Assembly (NCBI GenBank): GCA_963749495.1
Contig: CAVVMW010000014.1
Span: forward strand, 416,001 to 480,000
Direction: 5' to 3'
Length of the DNA: 64,000 nt
Source of the DNA: an uncultured bacterium
GTDB lineage: Bacteria > Verrucomicrobiota > Verrucomicrobiia > Limisphaerales > UBA8199
Shown here: one piece after another, positions 42,270 through 54,162 of the stretch
How the letters are laid out: each line of letters opens with the position of its first letter
How positions within the stretch are numbered: the first letter of the stretch is position 1
Made by a program: the position numbers and the translations under genes
The notes under the pieces: model-generated
What the model was told of the DNA's origin: nothing
Seen by the model: only the letters and a program-made list of their open reading frames with translations
The model's database searches: none

Positions 42270-45200
42270 TTAGGCGGTCGTTGCGGGGCTCGGTGGCTCC
42301 TGTCGGGCTTGCTCCCCGCGCAGGCGCAACATCAAATAGTATCCGGCGGGCGTGGCCACCAGCGAGAGCAACACGGAGATGCACAACGCGCCAATCACGG
42401 CAATAGCGAGCGGCTTGAGCATGTCCGCCCCACGGCCAATCCCATAGGCGAGCGGCAACATGCCGAAGGCAGCCGCCAGCGAGGTCATGAGGACCGGACG
42501 CAAACGGCGATGGCCGGAGCGGACCAAGGCATCCTCGAGGCTCGCGCCCTCTGCGCGCAAGTGCTCTACGAAGTCGAGCATCAGAATGCCATTCTTGGCG
42601 ACGATGCCCACTCCAATAATGGCGCCGAGGAACGAGACGACATTCAGGGAAGTGCCGCTGAGCCACAAGGCCAGCACGGTTCCAAACAAGGCCAGGACCG
42701 CGCCGAAGACAATCGCCACCGGTTCATAGAACGACCGGAACTCAATCAGCAGCACGGTGAAAACCAGGAAGATCGCCATCGCCAGCACGAGCATGAGATT
42801 GCGGAATGAATCGCGTTGCTGCTCGAAGAGGCCGCCAAATTCGATCACCCCGGGCGGAATGGTTTTGTCCTGGCTGAGTTTCTGCTGAATTTCCGCCATC
42901 GCGCTGCCGAGATCGCGGCCTTCGAGACGCGCGCTCACGGCCACGTCCTGCCGCAGGTCCTCGCGGCGCAGTTCAAGCTGGCCCGGCTGTTCCACGATGT
43001 CGGCGACTTGGGAGAGCTTGACCAGGGTGCCGTCGGCGGCGTGGAGGGGCAGTTCGCGCAGGGTTGCGATACGATCGATGCTGGAGCGGTCAACCAGCAC
43101 GCGGATGTTGACGACGCGATCTCCCTCCAGCACGGTCGAGGCTTCCTGGCCGAGCATGGCGGCGTTGACCGCCGCCGCCACATCGGCGGCGGTCAGGCCG
43201 AACCGTTGTGCATCGGTGTAGCGCACACGCAGGCCGATCGTCGGGCCGGCGTAGATCAGTCCATCTTTGGTATCCACGACGCCTTTAATTTTCTTCAATT
43301 GCTCTTCGACTTCGGGCGCTTTCTTTTTCAGGAATTCCATGTCGGTGGAGAACAATTTCACTTCGATCGGCTCGGGGGACCAAGTGAGGTCGCCGATAAG
43401 GTCGCTCAAGACACCGGGGAACTCCCATTGAATGCCTGGCAGGGTGGAATTAAACTTGGCGCGCAATTCGCTCGTGACGCCGTCAGTGCGGCGTTTGCGA
43501 TCAGGCTTTAGTTTTACGAGAAAATCGCCGGTGTTGGGCTCGGCGATGGCCAGGGCGAGGCGCGCGCCGGTGCGGCGAGAGAAGCTTTCCACGTCAGGGG
43601 TAGCGATGAGGATTTGTTCGGCGATCAAGAGCTGGCGGTGAGTTTCGGCGAGGCTGGTGCCCGGCGGGGCGATGTAGTCGATGACGAATGCGCCTTCGTC
43701 CATCGGCGGGAGGAATTCGCTTTCCAGGTGTTGGTATATTCCAACGCCAAGGAGCAGCACCAGGCCACAAGCGCCGAGCGTCAGCCAGACGTGGCGCAGA
43801 GCCGCGCGCAGGGCGATTTCATAGACCCGGATGACCCTCTGCAATAGGAACCCACCTTCGTCGCTCGTGGGGGCGTGGCCATGTTCGAGGCGCCCGCGGT
43901 CGCGCGTGAACCATGCGGCGAGCGACGGTGTCAGGGTGATGGCGAGCACGAGCGAGGTCAGCAGGGCCACCACCATGGTGAGGGCCAAGGCGCGGAAGAA
44001 CACGCCGGAGATGCCCTCAAGGAATGCCAGCGGGATGAAGACGACCACCGGGGTGAGGGTGGAACCGATGAGCGGCACGAGAATCTCGCTGATGCCGGCC
44101 TGGATGGCCTCGCGGCGCGGGAGGCCGCCGGCGATTTTGACGTGAATGGCTTCCACCACCACGATGGCATTGTCGATGACCAAACCGATCGACGCGGCAA
44201 TGCCGCCCAGGGTCATGAGATTGAAGCTCAGCCCGACAACCTGCATGGCCACCAGCGTGATGAGCACGGTCACCGGAATCACGAGAATGGCGGTGAACGT
44301 GATGCCCCAGTTCTTCAGGAAGAAATAGAGAATGAATATCGACAGGACCAGGCCAAAACCAATCGCGTCCCAGACACTGCGCACCGACGCCCGGACGAAG
44401 AGCGATTGGTCGTAGTAATAGGCCGTCTTCATGTCCGGCGGCAGGTCCTTTTTCAATTCCTGAAGGACCTGCTGGAGGGCCTTGGCGATGTCGAGGGTGC
44501 TGCCGTCGGCCTGGCTGCGGATATTGAGCAGCACAGCATTCCTGCCCTCAGCGGTCACTACGTTGAAGACCGGTTCGGGTCCACGCTCAACGCGGGCGAA
44601 ATCTTTGATGCGAACCGGGTGCATGTTGACCACAGTCACGGTTAGGTTCTCGATGTCCTCGATACTATGAACACGGCCATCTACGACCGCCAAGTAGAGG
44701 GTGTGGTTCTCTTCGTGCATGCCGGTCGGGGCGATAAGATTGTTCTTCTCCAGCGCGTCGGTGACTTGCGCCAGGCTCAAGTTGGCCGCCTGCAAGCGCA
44801 CAGGATCAACAATGACGTGATATTCGGGCGTTCGTCCCCCCACCAGGTCAACGCGCGCAACGCCAGGAATGCGCAAAAAGCGGGGCTTGAGTTCGTAGCG
44901 CGCCGTCTCCCACAATTCCATGATGCTGCGCTGCGGACTGATGAGGCTCACGCCGATGATCGGGAAGGCGGAGAACGTCAGCCGCCAAACCGTCGTGCTG
45001 GCGGTTGCGGGCAGCGCCGAGCGGATTTGCGAGAGACGGCTGTTCACGTAGAGCTCCGACTGAATCATGTTCACTTGCCAGTTGAAGAAGACATTGATCT
45101 CCGCCGAGCCGCGCCCCGTGGTGGACCGCACCGTGACGGCCCCGGGAATGTCCTTCATCGCTTCTTCGATAGGCCTCGTGATGGTGGCCATCATCTCGTC

Positions 45201-45419
45201 AGCCGGCATCACTCCGTTGTCCACCAGGATGACGACACGCGGGAAATTGGTCTGGGGAAAGACCGAGGACGGTATCTTAAACGCAGCGTAAACGCCCGCG
45301 AGACACAACGCTACACTGATGAACGTGATGGCCAGCGAGTGGTGGACGGCAAATCGGCCGATCCATGAATCTTTCTTCTTCAGCATGGTTGAGATGGGTG
45401 CCCCACCCGATTGGCTCAC
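42270..45419 (-). CDS. RND efflux permease (CusA/CzcA/AcrB superfamily)
   Basis: 1049 aa; SVFPQTNFP, GLVIDNAIVVVE, EFLPPMDEG, KNGILM, RRLRPVLMT. Confidence 0.95.
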   Translation of the reverse strand: MSQSGGAPISTMLKKKDSWIGRFAVHHSLAITFISVALCLAGVYAAFKIPSSVFPQTNFPRVVILVDNGVMPADEMMATITRPIEEAMKDIPGAVTVRSTTGRGSAEINVFFNWQVNMIQSELYVNSRLSQIRSALPATASTTVWRLTFSAFPIIGVSLISPQRSIMELWETARYELKPRFLRIPGVARVDLVGGRTPEYHVIVDPVRLQAANLSLAQVTDALEKNNLIAPTGMHEENHTLYLAVVDGRVHSIEDIENLTVTVVNMHPVRIKDFARVERGPEPVFNVVTAEGRNAVLLNIRSQADGSTLDIAKALQQVLQELKKDLPPDMKTAYYYDQSLFVRASVRSVWDAIGFGLVLSIFILYFFLKNWGITFTAILVIPVTVLITLVAMQVVGLSFNLMTLGGIAASIGLVIDNAIVVVEAIHVKIAGGLPRREAIQAGISEILVPLIGSTLTPVVVFIPLAFLEGISGVFFRALALTMVVALLTSLVLAITLTPSLAAWFTRDRGRLEHGHAPTSDEGGFLLQRVIRVYEIALRAALRHVWLTLGACGLVLLLGVGIYQHLESEFLPPMDEGAFVIDYIAPPGTSLAETHRQLLIAEQILIATPDVESFSRRTGARLALAIAEPNTGDFLVKLKPDRKRRTDGVTSELRAKFNSTLPGIQWEFPGVLSDLIGDLTWSPEPIEVKLFSTDMEFLKKKAPEVEEQLKKIKGVVDTKDGLIYAGPTIGLRVRYTDAQRFGLTAADVAAAVNAAMLGQEASTVLEGDRVVNIRVLVDRSSIDRIATLRELPLHAADGTLVKLSQVADIVEQPGQLELRREDLRQDVAVSARLEGRDLGSAMAEIQQKLSQDKTIPPGVIEFGGLFEQQRDSFRNLMLVLAMAIFLVFTVLLIEFRSFYEPVAIVFGAVLALFGTVLALWLSGTSLNVVSFLGAIIGVGIVAKNGILMLDFVEHLRAEGASLEDALVRSGHRRLRPVLMTSLAAAFGMLPLAYGIGRGADMLKPLAIAVIGALCISVLLSLVATPAGYYLMLRLRGEQARQEPPSPATTA

Positions 45420-46444
45420 TTGGACAACACGCGGACCTTAGTTTCCTTGGGCAGTGCATAAGCACCTTCTGTCACAACGGACATGCCAGGCTGCAAACCG
45501 TCCGCTTCGACTTCAATCAATGCGCCGTCATGCAAGCCGGCCTGGACGGCTTTCTGTGTCGCCTTGTCTCCCTGAACGAGGGCAATGACCGTGCTGCCCT
45601 CAGCGTCCTTGACGACGCTCTCCACCGGCACAGCCAGACGGTCTTTGTGCTCCTCGCTGACAATGCGGGCCGTCACGAACTGACCAGGGCGCAGACCGGA
45701 ATGAGCCGGGAGGTTGGCGCGCACGAGCGCCGTACCTGTTTTGGAGTCCACCTCCGAGCTAATGTAAGTCATCGCGCCCATTGCCGGAGGGGCGGATTTG
45801 TCCACCAGCACTTCGACGGGTTGCCCCACTTTGAGCGCAGCCAGTTCGCGGCTTGGCACGTTGGCGCTGACCACGAGGCGGTCGAGATCCATGACCTCGG
45901 CCAACACGGTCGTCAGGTCCACCGCTTCCCCCGGCTTCACGTTAACGCGCACCACGGTGCCGGCGAGGGGCGCTTGGACGCGCAGCAGCGCTCGTTGGGC
46001 GCGTGAGGCCGCCACTTGTTGCTCGGCTTCCTGCAAGGTCTTCTGCGATGTGCCTTCCACCTGGACTAGTTTTCTCTGCCGTTCGAGGGTTTTTTCGGCG
46101 AAATCCACGGCTACATCTGCCGCCCGGCTGTCGAGTTGGAACAACGCGGCGCCTTTGTCCACGCGCTGGCCTTCCACGCACTTGACCTCCGTCACCACTC
46201 CAGGAACAGAGGCGGCAACGCGAGCGCTGGCTGCCGGGCGCTCGCCCGCCGGTTCCGGCTCGACCGTGCCGTAGGCCGTGATGTAGCCACGCAGTGTGGC
46301 ACGCGTGATCTTGCCGATATGCACAGGCACTTCCGTGTCGGATTTTTTCTCCGGTTCCTCTGGCTTGGCCGGTTTGAACCAGACGAGCCAGACCAGGCTG
46401 GCGACGACGGCCAGGCAGATAACGATGGAGACAGTCTTTTTCAT
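45416..46444 (-). CDS. RND periplasmic adaptor (MFP)
   Basis: N-terminal TM, EGQRVDKGAALFQLD, APLAGTV, LRPGQFV, VPVESV; overlaps both neighbours by 4 nt. Confidence 0.9.
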   Translation of the reverse strand: MKKTVSIVICLAVVASLVWLVWFKPAKPEEPEKKSDTEVPVHIGKITRATLRGYITAYGTVEPEPAGERPAASARVAASVPGVVTEVKCVEGQRVDKGAALFQLDSRAADVAVDFAEKTLERQRKLVQVEGTSQKTLQEAEQQVAASRAQRALLRVQAPLAGTVVRVNVKPGEAVDLTTVLAEVMDLDRLVVSANVPSRELAALKVGQPVEVLVDKSAPPAMGAMTYISSEVDSKTGTALVRANLPAHSGLRPGQFVTARIVSEEHKDRLAVPVESVVKDAEGSTVIALVQGDKATQKAVQAGLHDGALIEVEADGLQPGMSVVTEGAYALPKETKVRVLSK

Positions 46445-47850
46445 GGCTGAGCGTTCACTTGATTCGATTGCGAAACTCGCGGCGAAGTCTGCCAAATGGC
46501 CTCTGGCAAACCCAGAGGACCTTGCAGCGCGTCTTCCAACTGCACCAGCGCCTGTTGCGACTTGACCAGCGCGTCAAGGCGGGCCAGGGCCGAAGCGCTC
46601 AGTTGGAGGCGCAGCGCAGCCAGTTCCCCCTTGGAGATCTCTCCCGCATCGAACATCGCGTGCGACCTTTGTTCCTGTTTTTGCAGCCTGGCCAGCAACT
46701 CATCGGCGTCCGCCCGCTTCTTCAGGGAGACGCGATACCCTGCCACAGCACGGTCAATATCGGACAGCACACCGGCCTGAAGCGCGTCGAATCGGGCGGC
46801 GGATTCCGCCCGTTTGGCCTTTGCTTCGGCGATCGGGCCTTTGTTCTGGTTGAGGACTGGCAGCGTCACTGTGATTCCGAGCGACCATTTGTTGTCCCCC
46901 TGGTCATACTGGTAGCCCGGGCCAAGATGGAGGTCGGGGTATTGCCGGGCGATTTCCAATTGCAGCGCGGACTGGCTGGCTGCGTATTCGGCCAGTGCGC
47001 TAAGAATATCCGAGCGATTGAGCAGGGCCTGCCGGCGAGCGTCGGCGACAGCCGTTTCTTCCGGCAACCGGTCTAAGCCCTCGAATGAGAACTTTATGCC
47101 ATCGAGCGCGCCGGCCGGGACGCCAATGGCCTCGGCCAACTGAACGCGAGCCTCTGCGCTCTGCCGCTCCGCGTCTCGCAACGCGAGCCGCGAGCTGTCC
47201 AGCGCGATGCCCGCCTGGGCGACTTCAAAAGCCGACACCGCGCCCGCCTCGTGCTGGCCCTCCAGCAGGCGGAGATTCTCGGCTTGGAGGGCCTGCTGCT
47301 CCCGCAGCAGAGCCTCCGCCTCCCGGGCTGCATTGAGGTCCACCAGACCTTTGCTTACCCCGGTACGGACCTGCCAGGCGACGGAAGCGATGTTCAGCCG
47401 CGCAGCTTCCGAAAGCCGACCCGCGTGAGCGATGCGATAGCGGCGTTTGCCCGCCGTTTCGATCGGGATATCAATGGACCCAAACGGGATCCAGGGAGAA
47501 GGCGTTATGGTCGTGGTATCGTAGCCAGGCGTGACGTTCAGGGTGGGATTGGGCCGCTCCCCGGCCGTGATTTTTCCGGCCTGCGCCACCGCCCACTGAG
47601 CGCGCGCTACGTCGAGGCTGGGGTGGTAGAAGAAGGCCGCGAGCGTGAGCCTTTCAGAATCCCACGAAACCCCGGGCCATTCGGTCAGTTCTCGGTGGAG
47701 GTTCTGTTCCAAGAATGACTTGAGGGCGGGGTTGTCGAGCGACCGGCTTTCCAGCTTCCCCGCGGTTTCCGTTGGTGAGAGGGGCTGGTGCTCGAAGCGG
47801 GCGCACCCGGCCAGAAGGCACAGGAGGCTGATGCTGAGGCTGCGTTTCAT
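46441..47850 (-). CDS. TolC-family outer-membrane efflux lipoprotein
   Basis: Lipobox LLAGC, PNPTL, IETAGKR, QYPDLHLGPGY, LPVLNQNKG. Confidence 0.9.
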   Translation of the reverse strand: MKRSLSISLLCLLAGCARFEHQPLSPTETAGKLESRSLDNPALKSFLEQNLHRELTEWPGVSWDSERLTLAAFFYHPSLDVARAQWAVAQAGKITAGERPNPTLNVTPGYDTTTITPSPWIPFGSIDIPIETAGKRRYRIAHAGRLSEAARLNIASVAWQVRTGVSKGLVDLNAAREAEALLREQQALQAENLRLLEGQHEAGAVSAFEVAQAGIALDSSRLALRDAERQSAEARVQLAEAIGVPAGALDGIKFSFEGLDRLPEETAVADARRQALLNRSDILSALAEYAASQSALQLEIARQYPDLHLGPGYQYDQGDNKWSLGITVTLPVLNQNKGPIAEAKAKRAESAARFDALQAGVLSDIDRAVAGYRVSLKKRADADELLARLQKQEQRSHAMFDAGEISKGELAALRLQLSASALARLDALVKSQQALVQLEDALQGPLGLPEAIWQTSPRVSQSNQVNAQP

Positions 47851-47967
47851 ACGGGGAAACAGTCAAATTGAATTCGCCGCATAAATCAAGGATTACATGA
47901 TTACGGTGTTGTCATTTAACATGCGGGCGGGGGTGAAACGCGAACAAGGGGGATCCTGCCCACTCAA

Positions 47968-50900
47968 TCAGATTACGTCGAGTTCCCTGGCAGTGAACTT
48001 TCCGTATCTCAAGGCCAGTGTCGGCAGCACGAGCAGGTTCAGCACGGTGGAGGTCAGCAGTCCCCCGAGAATCACAATCGCCATCGGCCCTTCGATTTCG
48101 CGCCCCGCCTCACCCGCGCCGATGGCCAGGGGGAGCAACCCGAGCGCGGTGACGAGCGCGGTCATGAGGATGGGCAGCAACCGTTCGGAAGCGCCGCGAA
48201 TGGCGGCCTCGAGCCCCCACGTCAGGCCTTCCTGCTGCACCAGGTGCTCGAAATGCGAGATCATCATGATCGAGTTGCGGGTGGTGATGCCAAAGAGCGT
48301 GACGAAGCCGACCAGCGAGCCCAGCGAAAGCGAGCCGCCGGTCGCAAATACCGCCAGCACGCCTCCAATCAGGGCGAAGGGCATGTTGACAAGGACCAGC
48401 AGCAGGTTGCGCGGGGTGCGGAACACAATGCTGAGCAGCAAAACAATGCCCACCCCGGCAACGGCCGAGTGCAACAGCAACTCGCGCCTGGCCGAGGCTT
48501 GTGCCAGCCCGGAGCCGCCAAAAGTCGGATACACGCCGGGAGGAAACGAAACCTTGGCCGCTATCTGCTTTTTCATTTCCGCCACGAAGGACGCCATATC
48601 GCGTCCGGCAACGTTGCAGGTCACCTGTTGCCGGCGTTGCGCGCCATCATGGGCAATCAGGTAACGTCCGGTCGTAGGATAAATCTCGGCCAACTCGCGC
48701 AACGGCATCCGCTGCCCCTGGGAGTTGCGCAACAGCAACTCGCCAACTTGCTCCGGCGCCTTCCGGCTCGCTTCATCCAAAATCACGGTCACATCGAATA
48801 CCCGATTGCCGTCGTAGATTTGCGCAACCTCGGTGCCCTGACACGCGGTTTGAATTGCTTCCAGGACATCCACTGGCAGGAACCCAAACTGAGTCAATCG
48901 TTCGGGGCGCAACCGCATGACCATCTGTGGCGAACCGGGCTGCGACTCGACTTGCACATCCGCCGCGCCGCTGATCGTGGCAACCACCTGGCGCACCTCT
49001 CCGGCCTTTTGATCGAGCACATCCAGGTCGTCTCCGAAAATATTGACCGCCACCTGCGCAGTGGCGCCCGAAAGGGTCTCCTCGATGCGCTCAGCCAAAA
49101 AGGGCAGCACCCGGAAGGTCAAACCAGGAAACCTCTCCAGTGCTTGGCGGATTTCGCCAGCGACCCCTTCGGCCTCCTCACCGCTCAAAGGCTTCAAATC
49201 CACGTCCAGCTCGCTGTAATGCGTGCCCCAGGTGTCTTCGCCATTCTCCGCCCGGCCCGCTTGCTGCGAGACGGAACGGATGTGCGGATTTTTCAGCAGT
49301 TCCTCCGTGACCTGCCGGCCCAGGCGCAACGATGCCTCCAGCGATGTCCCAGGCAGAGCGGCCATGTGGATAATGAAATGGCCTTCGCGAAACTCGGGCA
49401 GGAATTCGCCCCCAAAGAACGGCAGCGTGGCCGCCGCCGCCAGGATCATCACCAGAGCCACGCCGATGACAGTGCGCGGCCGTCCGCTCAAAGTCCCCAG
49501 CCAGCGCCGATGGCGTTCTTTCATCCAGCGGACGTGCCGAGGCTTCTTCATGGGGGCTGGTCCGCGAGAGCATCCCCAGGCACAGCGCCGGGGTGAGAGT
49601 CAGGGCCACGGCCAGAGAGGCCAAAATCGCGAGAATGAACGCGGTCGCCAGGGGCGTGAACAGCTTTCCCTGAATGCCGGTCATGGTCAGGATTGGAAAA
49701 AACACCAGCGCAACGATGAATGTCGCATAGACCACGGCGCTGCGGACTTCCAGCGACGCTTCCAAGACCACTTGAAAAAGCGGACGCGGCTGAGCCCGGG
49801 CCAGGTTCTCCCGGATACGCCGCAGAATGTTCTCCACGTTGATAATCGCGTCATCCACCACCACACCGATGGCGATGGCAAAGCCACCCAGCGTGAGGGT
49901 GTTCAGCGAAACCCCGCAGCGATCGAGCACAATGACCGCCGCCAGCAACGAGAGCGGAATTGAGCTGAAGGAAATGAACGCGGTCCGCCAGTCCAGCAGA
50001 AAAAAGAGCAACACGGCCGCCACCAGGATGCCGCCGATCATCAGCGACTCGCCCACATTCCGAATCGAGGCCTCGATGAAGTTCGCCTGCCGAAACAGCC
50101 GCGGATGCACAGTGATTCTCTCGGAAACGAAAGCCGGCGCCATCTCCCCCAGCGCGCCCTCCACCGCCCGCGTCACCTCGATCGTATTCGCGCCATATTG
50201 GCTGTACACCTCGAGCACCACGCCGGGCTCGCCCAGGATCAACGCATCACCAAATTTCGGCTCCGGCCCCTCGGCGACCTTTGCCACGTCCTTCAAACGC
50301 ACGCTCGCGCCGTCATGGTGGGCCAGCACCACTTGGCCGAGTTGTTCCGCCGTGAGGGATTGTCCCTCCGTCCGCAGAATGATTCGCTGGTTGGCGTTGT
50401 CCATGAACCCCGCCCCGCGCACGGCGGTGGACTGCCGCGCCGCCGCCAGCACGTCTTCTAAAGCAAGGCCATGCTCCATCAGCAGGTTCGGGTTTGCTTG
50501 GACCTGAAGCTGCCGCACCTCGCCGCCGAAGACCTCCACTTTGGCGACCCCCGGCACTGCCAAAAGTCGCGGTCGCACCGTCCAATCCGCGAAGGCGCGC
50601 AGTTCCATCGCTGTGCGGTTGGTCGAAGTCAGTCCAAGGTTCAGCACCTTGCTCGTCGAAGAAATCAGCGGCCCCATTTTCGGGGCCTTAACGCGTTGCG
50701 GCAGTGAGCCCGCCACTTGGGTCAAACGCTCACTCACCATCTGGCGGACGCGGTAAATATCGGCGCGGTCCCTGAACACGGCCGTGATGGCCGAGAGCCC
50801 TTGAATTGATTCGGAACGAATCGCCACCAGGTTGGGCGCGCCGTTGATGCTGTGCTCGATCGGGCGCGTCACCAGCGCTTCCACTTCCTCGGGCGATAAT

Positions 50901-51063
50901 CCCGGCGCTTCGGTTTGGATGACCACTTGCGGCGGCGCGAACTCGGGAAAACGTCCAGTTTGGTGCGCTGTGCCACGTAAAGGCCATAAGCGAGGGCGGC
51001 ACACGCCAGCACAATGACCACGCCGCGATACCGCAATGAGAATTGAACGATCCGCCGGAGCAT
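47968..51063 (-). CDS. CusA/CzcA-family RND efflux permease (frameshifts at ~50945 and ~49550)
   Basis: Three ORFs (50869..51063, 49178..51151, 47968..49551) tile one permease: LDVFPEFAPPQV, GVVVDDAIINVEN, EFLPEFREG, ERLLPILMTA. Confidence 0.88.
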
Positions 51064-51068
51064 CGGGG

Positions 51069-52081
51069 TTAATCAAACATCTTGATCTGATATTTTTGCT
51101 CCTCGGAAAGGAGAACCTGCGCGCCCTGGACGACCACCGGCTGGTTCGCACTTACCCCTCTGCTCACGAACCACCCGTCCTCCAGGCGATGGTCGAGCGC
51201 TATTTCCCGGCGTGTGAAAGTGCCCTCCCCGGTTTGCAGATAGATCCAACCGCGGCCGGCGTGCCGCACCACGGCAGAGTCGGGAACGATGCACCCGCTC
51301 AACGGCCCACTCTTGAGTTGGAGGTAGCCGCTCGCCGCCCTTCCCGGAGAGAGTCGCTGTGAATTCGTTTTGACGAGAAACAAAAACCCCTGACCTTGCA
51401 TCTGTGGGTCAACATTTGGCGCCGGCCCCAGCCATTGCGCCGAAATGGAAGGGCTTTCAGCGGATGCCAGGACGATTCGCGCGCCGGCGGGGTTGCTTTC
51501 AGCATTTGGCCCGCTGGCAGGTCAATCCGCACCAGCGCGCTCTCCAGCGAAGCCAGCGACCGCACAAAAACCGCGAGGTCCGGCTGCTCCGCAATCGCGG
51601 TCCCCCACGCCGACACCAGTCGGAGATGCACGGATTCCACGGCAATGTGATCGCGTTGCGCAGTCGCTTCCACCGCTTGCAGCGCCCGGTCGGAAGCATT
51701 CGCCTGCTCATTGAGCCGCTTCACTCGCTCGAATTCCTTCTCTGACGCCGCCGCGGCAGCCTCAGCGGAAGCCAGTTCGGCCACCAGTGCAACGAGCGGC
51801 GAGGGATCCATCACACGCGCAAATCCTCTCACCTCCGGGCTTAGCATGGCAGGTCTGAGGGGTTCGGCTTGCAGCGCGATTTTTGCCTGAGCTTCTCGCT
51901 CCAACGTCAGGATGATTTCGCCGTTCGCCCCAGACGTGACGCGCGATTTCGCAACGACGGGCCTCTCGCGTTCCGCTTCGGCCTGCCGTTCCGCGCTCAT
52001 TTTGAGAAAGGCGAAGACTAAAGCGCCCATGGCGCCTATTGCCACAAGCAGAACCAGGGCGGTCTTGAGGCTGTTTTTCAT
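51069..52081 (-). CDS. RND periplasmic adaptor-like protein (frameshift at ~51490)
   Basis: N-terminal TM, coiled-coil hairpin; adding one C gives ATPAGARIV...VDPQMQGQ, VPDSAVV, GAQVLLSEE. Confidence 0.8.
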
Positions 52082-52195
52082 GGTTCGGTCGAGGCCATCC
52101 TTCCGCTTTCAGCTCCAGATGTCCAGCCAAAGGGGACCCCAGGAACCCAGCGGGTTTGGATCGAGCAGGCGCAGTTCAGCTTTCAATATGCCTTA

Positions 52196-52353
52196 GGCGG
52201 TGGAAATAAATAGAGGTGGCAAGATGCCGCCGGGATTTTGGCGCCCAGCGAGGCGTGAACGAGGCGCATATCCAGTGATCTGCAACGAGTGAACAACGAA
52301 GCTGGGCGGCAAAAGAACAAGGCAGGTTGCTACCTTTATTTATTTCCACCGCC
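52196..52353. mobile_element. 158-bp MITE-like element
   Basis: 27-bp imperfect TIRs GGCGGTGGAAATAAATAGAGGTGGCAA / TTGCTACCTTTATTTATTTCCACCGCC, flanked by TTA on both sides. Confidence 0.8.
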
Positions 52354-52461
52354 TTAATCGGGAAGCCGGTTCGCGCATCGGTGGGCGGACTGGCAACACC
52401 AGCGGCGCCCTGCGCACGGGCGCGCGCACGCCGCGCCCCAGCCAAGCGCAAGCGCGCGCGA

Positions 52462-54161
52462 TCAGGACAACTTCGCCCCGGCAAGCGTCTTGGACCCCCG
52501 CTCCGCCGGCAAGCCCGCCACCCGCAAGAGCGCGCCCGCCGCCTCCAAGTCCCTAATGGCCTCCCGCAGCCGCGGTTCATCCGACTTTGTCCGCGCCAGC
52601 GTTTGCTCCAGCGCCGCCAGTTGGTCCCGCGCCTGTTGTTCCGCCTGCCGGCTCAATTCCGCGATGCCCGTTGCCACCCGCTCACCCCAGTCCGCCGCCA
52701 GCCGCGACAGGTTTTTCTCCACTTCCCACCGTGCCTTACGCGTCAGCACACGCCCAAGCGGCCTGCGAAACACCCTCAACGGCACGACCCAACCAATCGC
52801 GCTGAACGCCACGTCGAAAGCATAAGCCACGTCCACCGGCGGTGCGGCTGGCTGCCGCACCTCCAGGGCGAACTCGCGCGGCGTCAGCGGCAAACCAAGC
52901 GCGTCCTTCACCTGCGCCGCCAGCCGGTCATCAAACGCGCGCAACGCTCGCTTGAGGTGCTCCCGAACCAGGCTCAACGGCTCGCAAAACATCCCTTGCT
53001 GCTCGCACGACACTTCGCCCATCTCGCGCTTCAGGAAAACGCCCAGCCACTCCCTCCAGCCGGCCGAGACCCCGAAAGCGTTCGGGGCAGTGGCCGGCCA
53101 TCCAGCCGCCCGCCCAATTCGGTCGTCACTTTCGCCTGCAACCTCCGCTGTGTTGGCTGCAACCGCTCCAGCGATTGCTCCAGCGCCTTCGCCGACCACT
53201 CCCGTGCCATCACCTGCAGCTCCTCCCGGAACAACCCGAACTGCCGTCGCTCCTCCGCCAGCCGCCCGCGCAACGCCTGCCGCGCGGATTCCGTCTGCGT
53301 TGCCGCCGCCAACCCCACGCGCAGATAATCCTGCGCCTGGCTGACGACCGAAGCCAGTTTGTGCCGCAGAATTGCCCCCGCCGCTTCGCCACCGCCCTGG
53401 CGCAGCGGCAGCAGCAGCCGTCCCACGAACTCCTCCCGGAGCGCCGCCAGCGCCGGCTTGACCGAGTAGAAGAACACCGACAGGCCGCCATCCCATTTTT
53501 CATCCAACTGTCCCCGCACGAACGCCAGTACCTCTCCCCGCTGCGCTTCCGTCAGCAGGTCAGCCTTTGTCAGCAGGAGCACGATCTTCGGTGTCTGCCG
53601 GCGCAACTCTTCGTGCAACGCCAGGTCGCGCTCGGACAGCGGCGCATCCGAGCTCACCGCCACTAGCGCGGCGCCTACATTCGGCAGCCATTTCATCGCC
53701 GCCTCTGTGTTGTGCCGGAACGCGCTCCCCAAACCTGGCGTGTCCACAAATTGCAGAGGCGCCAGGCCCTCCAGCGCGGGCAACTCCACTTCCACCGACG
53801 CCACCTGCTTCCAGTTTTCGTGATTCTGGTTCTCGCCCACGAACAGCCCGATGTCCTTCACCGGAATCACCTCCGCCCGCCCATCCAGGTAGCAGACCTC
53901 CGCCCGCTCCACCGGTCCAAAGCGCAGCCGCGTAATGACCGCTGTCAGCGGCACCACCCCGATCGGCAGCACGTCCCGTCCGGCCAGGTGGTTCAGAAAC
54001 GAACTCTTCCCCGCCTTGAACCGCCCGAACACGGCCACGTCAATTCCGTGGTCCCCCTCCATCAGCCCCTTGCAGGCCGCGATCTGCGGCCGGAGGTTCG
54101 CCAGCTTGAACTGCTCCGCCAGACCGGAAACTCGTTCGAGAATACCGCTTGTGGGGGTCAT
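52462..54161 (-). CDS. Bacterial dynamin-like GTPase B (frameshift at ~53050-53110)
   Basis: G1 GRFKAGKSS, G2 PLT, G3 DTPG, G4 TKAD, then a long helical stalk continuing in ORF 52462..53496 (WEVEKNLSRLAADW). Confidence 0.85.
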
Positions 54162-54162
54162 T

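Noticed and set aside
52082..52461. A third fluoride riboswitch ahead of the RND block
   Set aside because: No GGCRATGGAG...ACTCCTAC signature here or upstream of 47850 or 37836.
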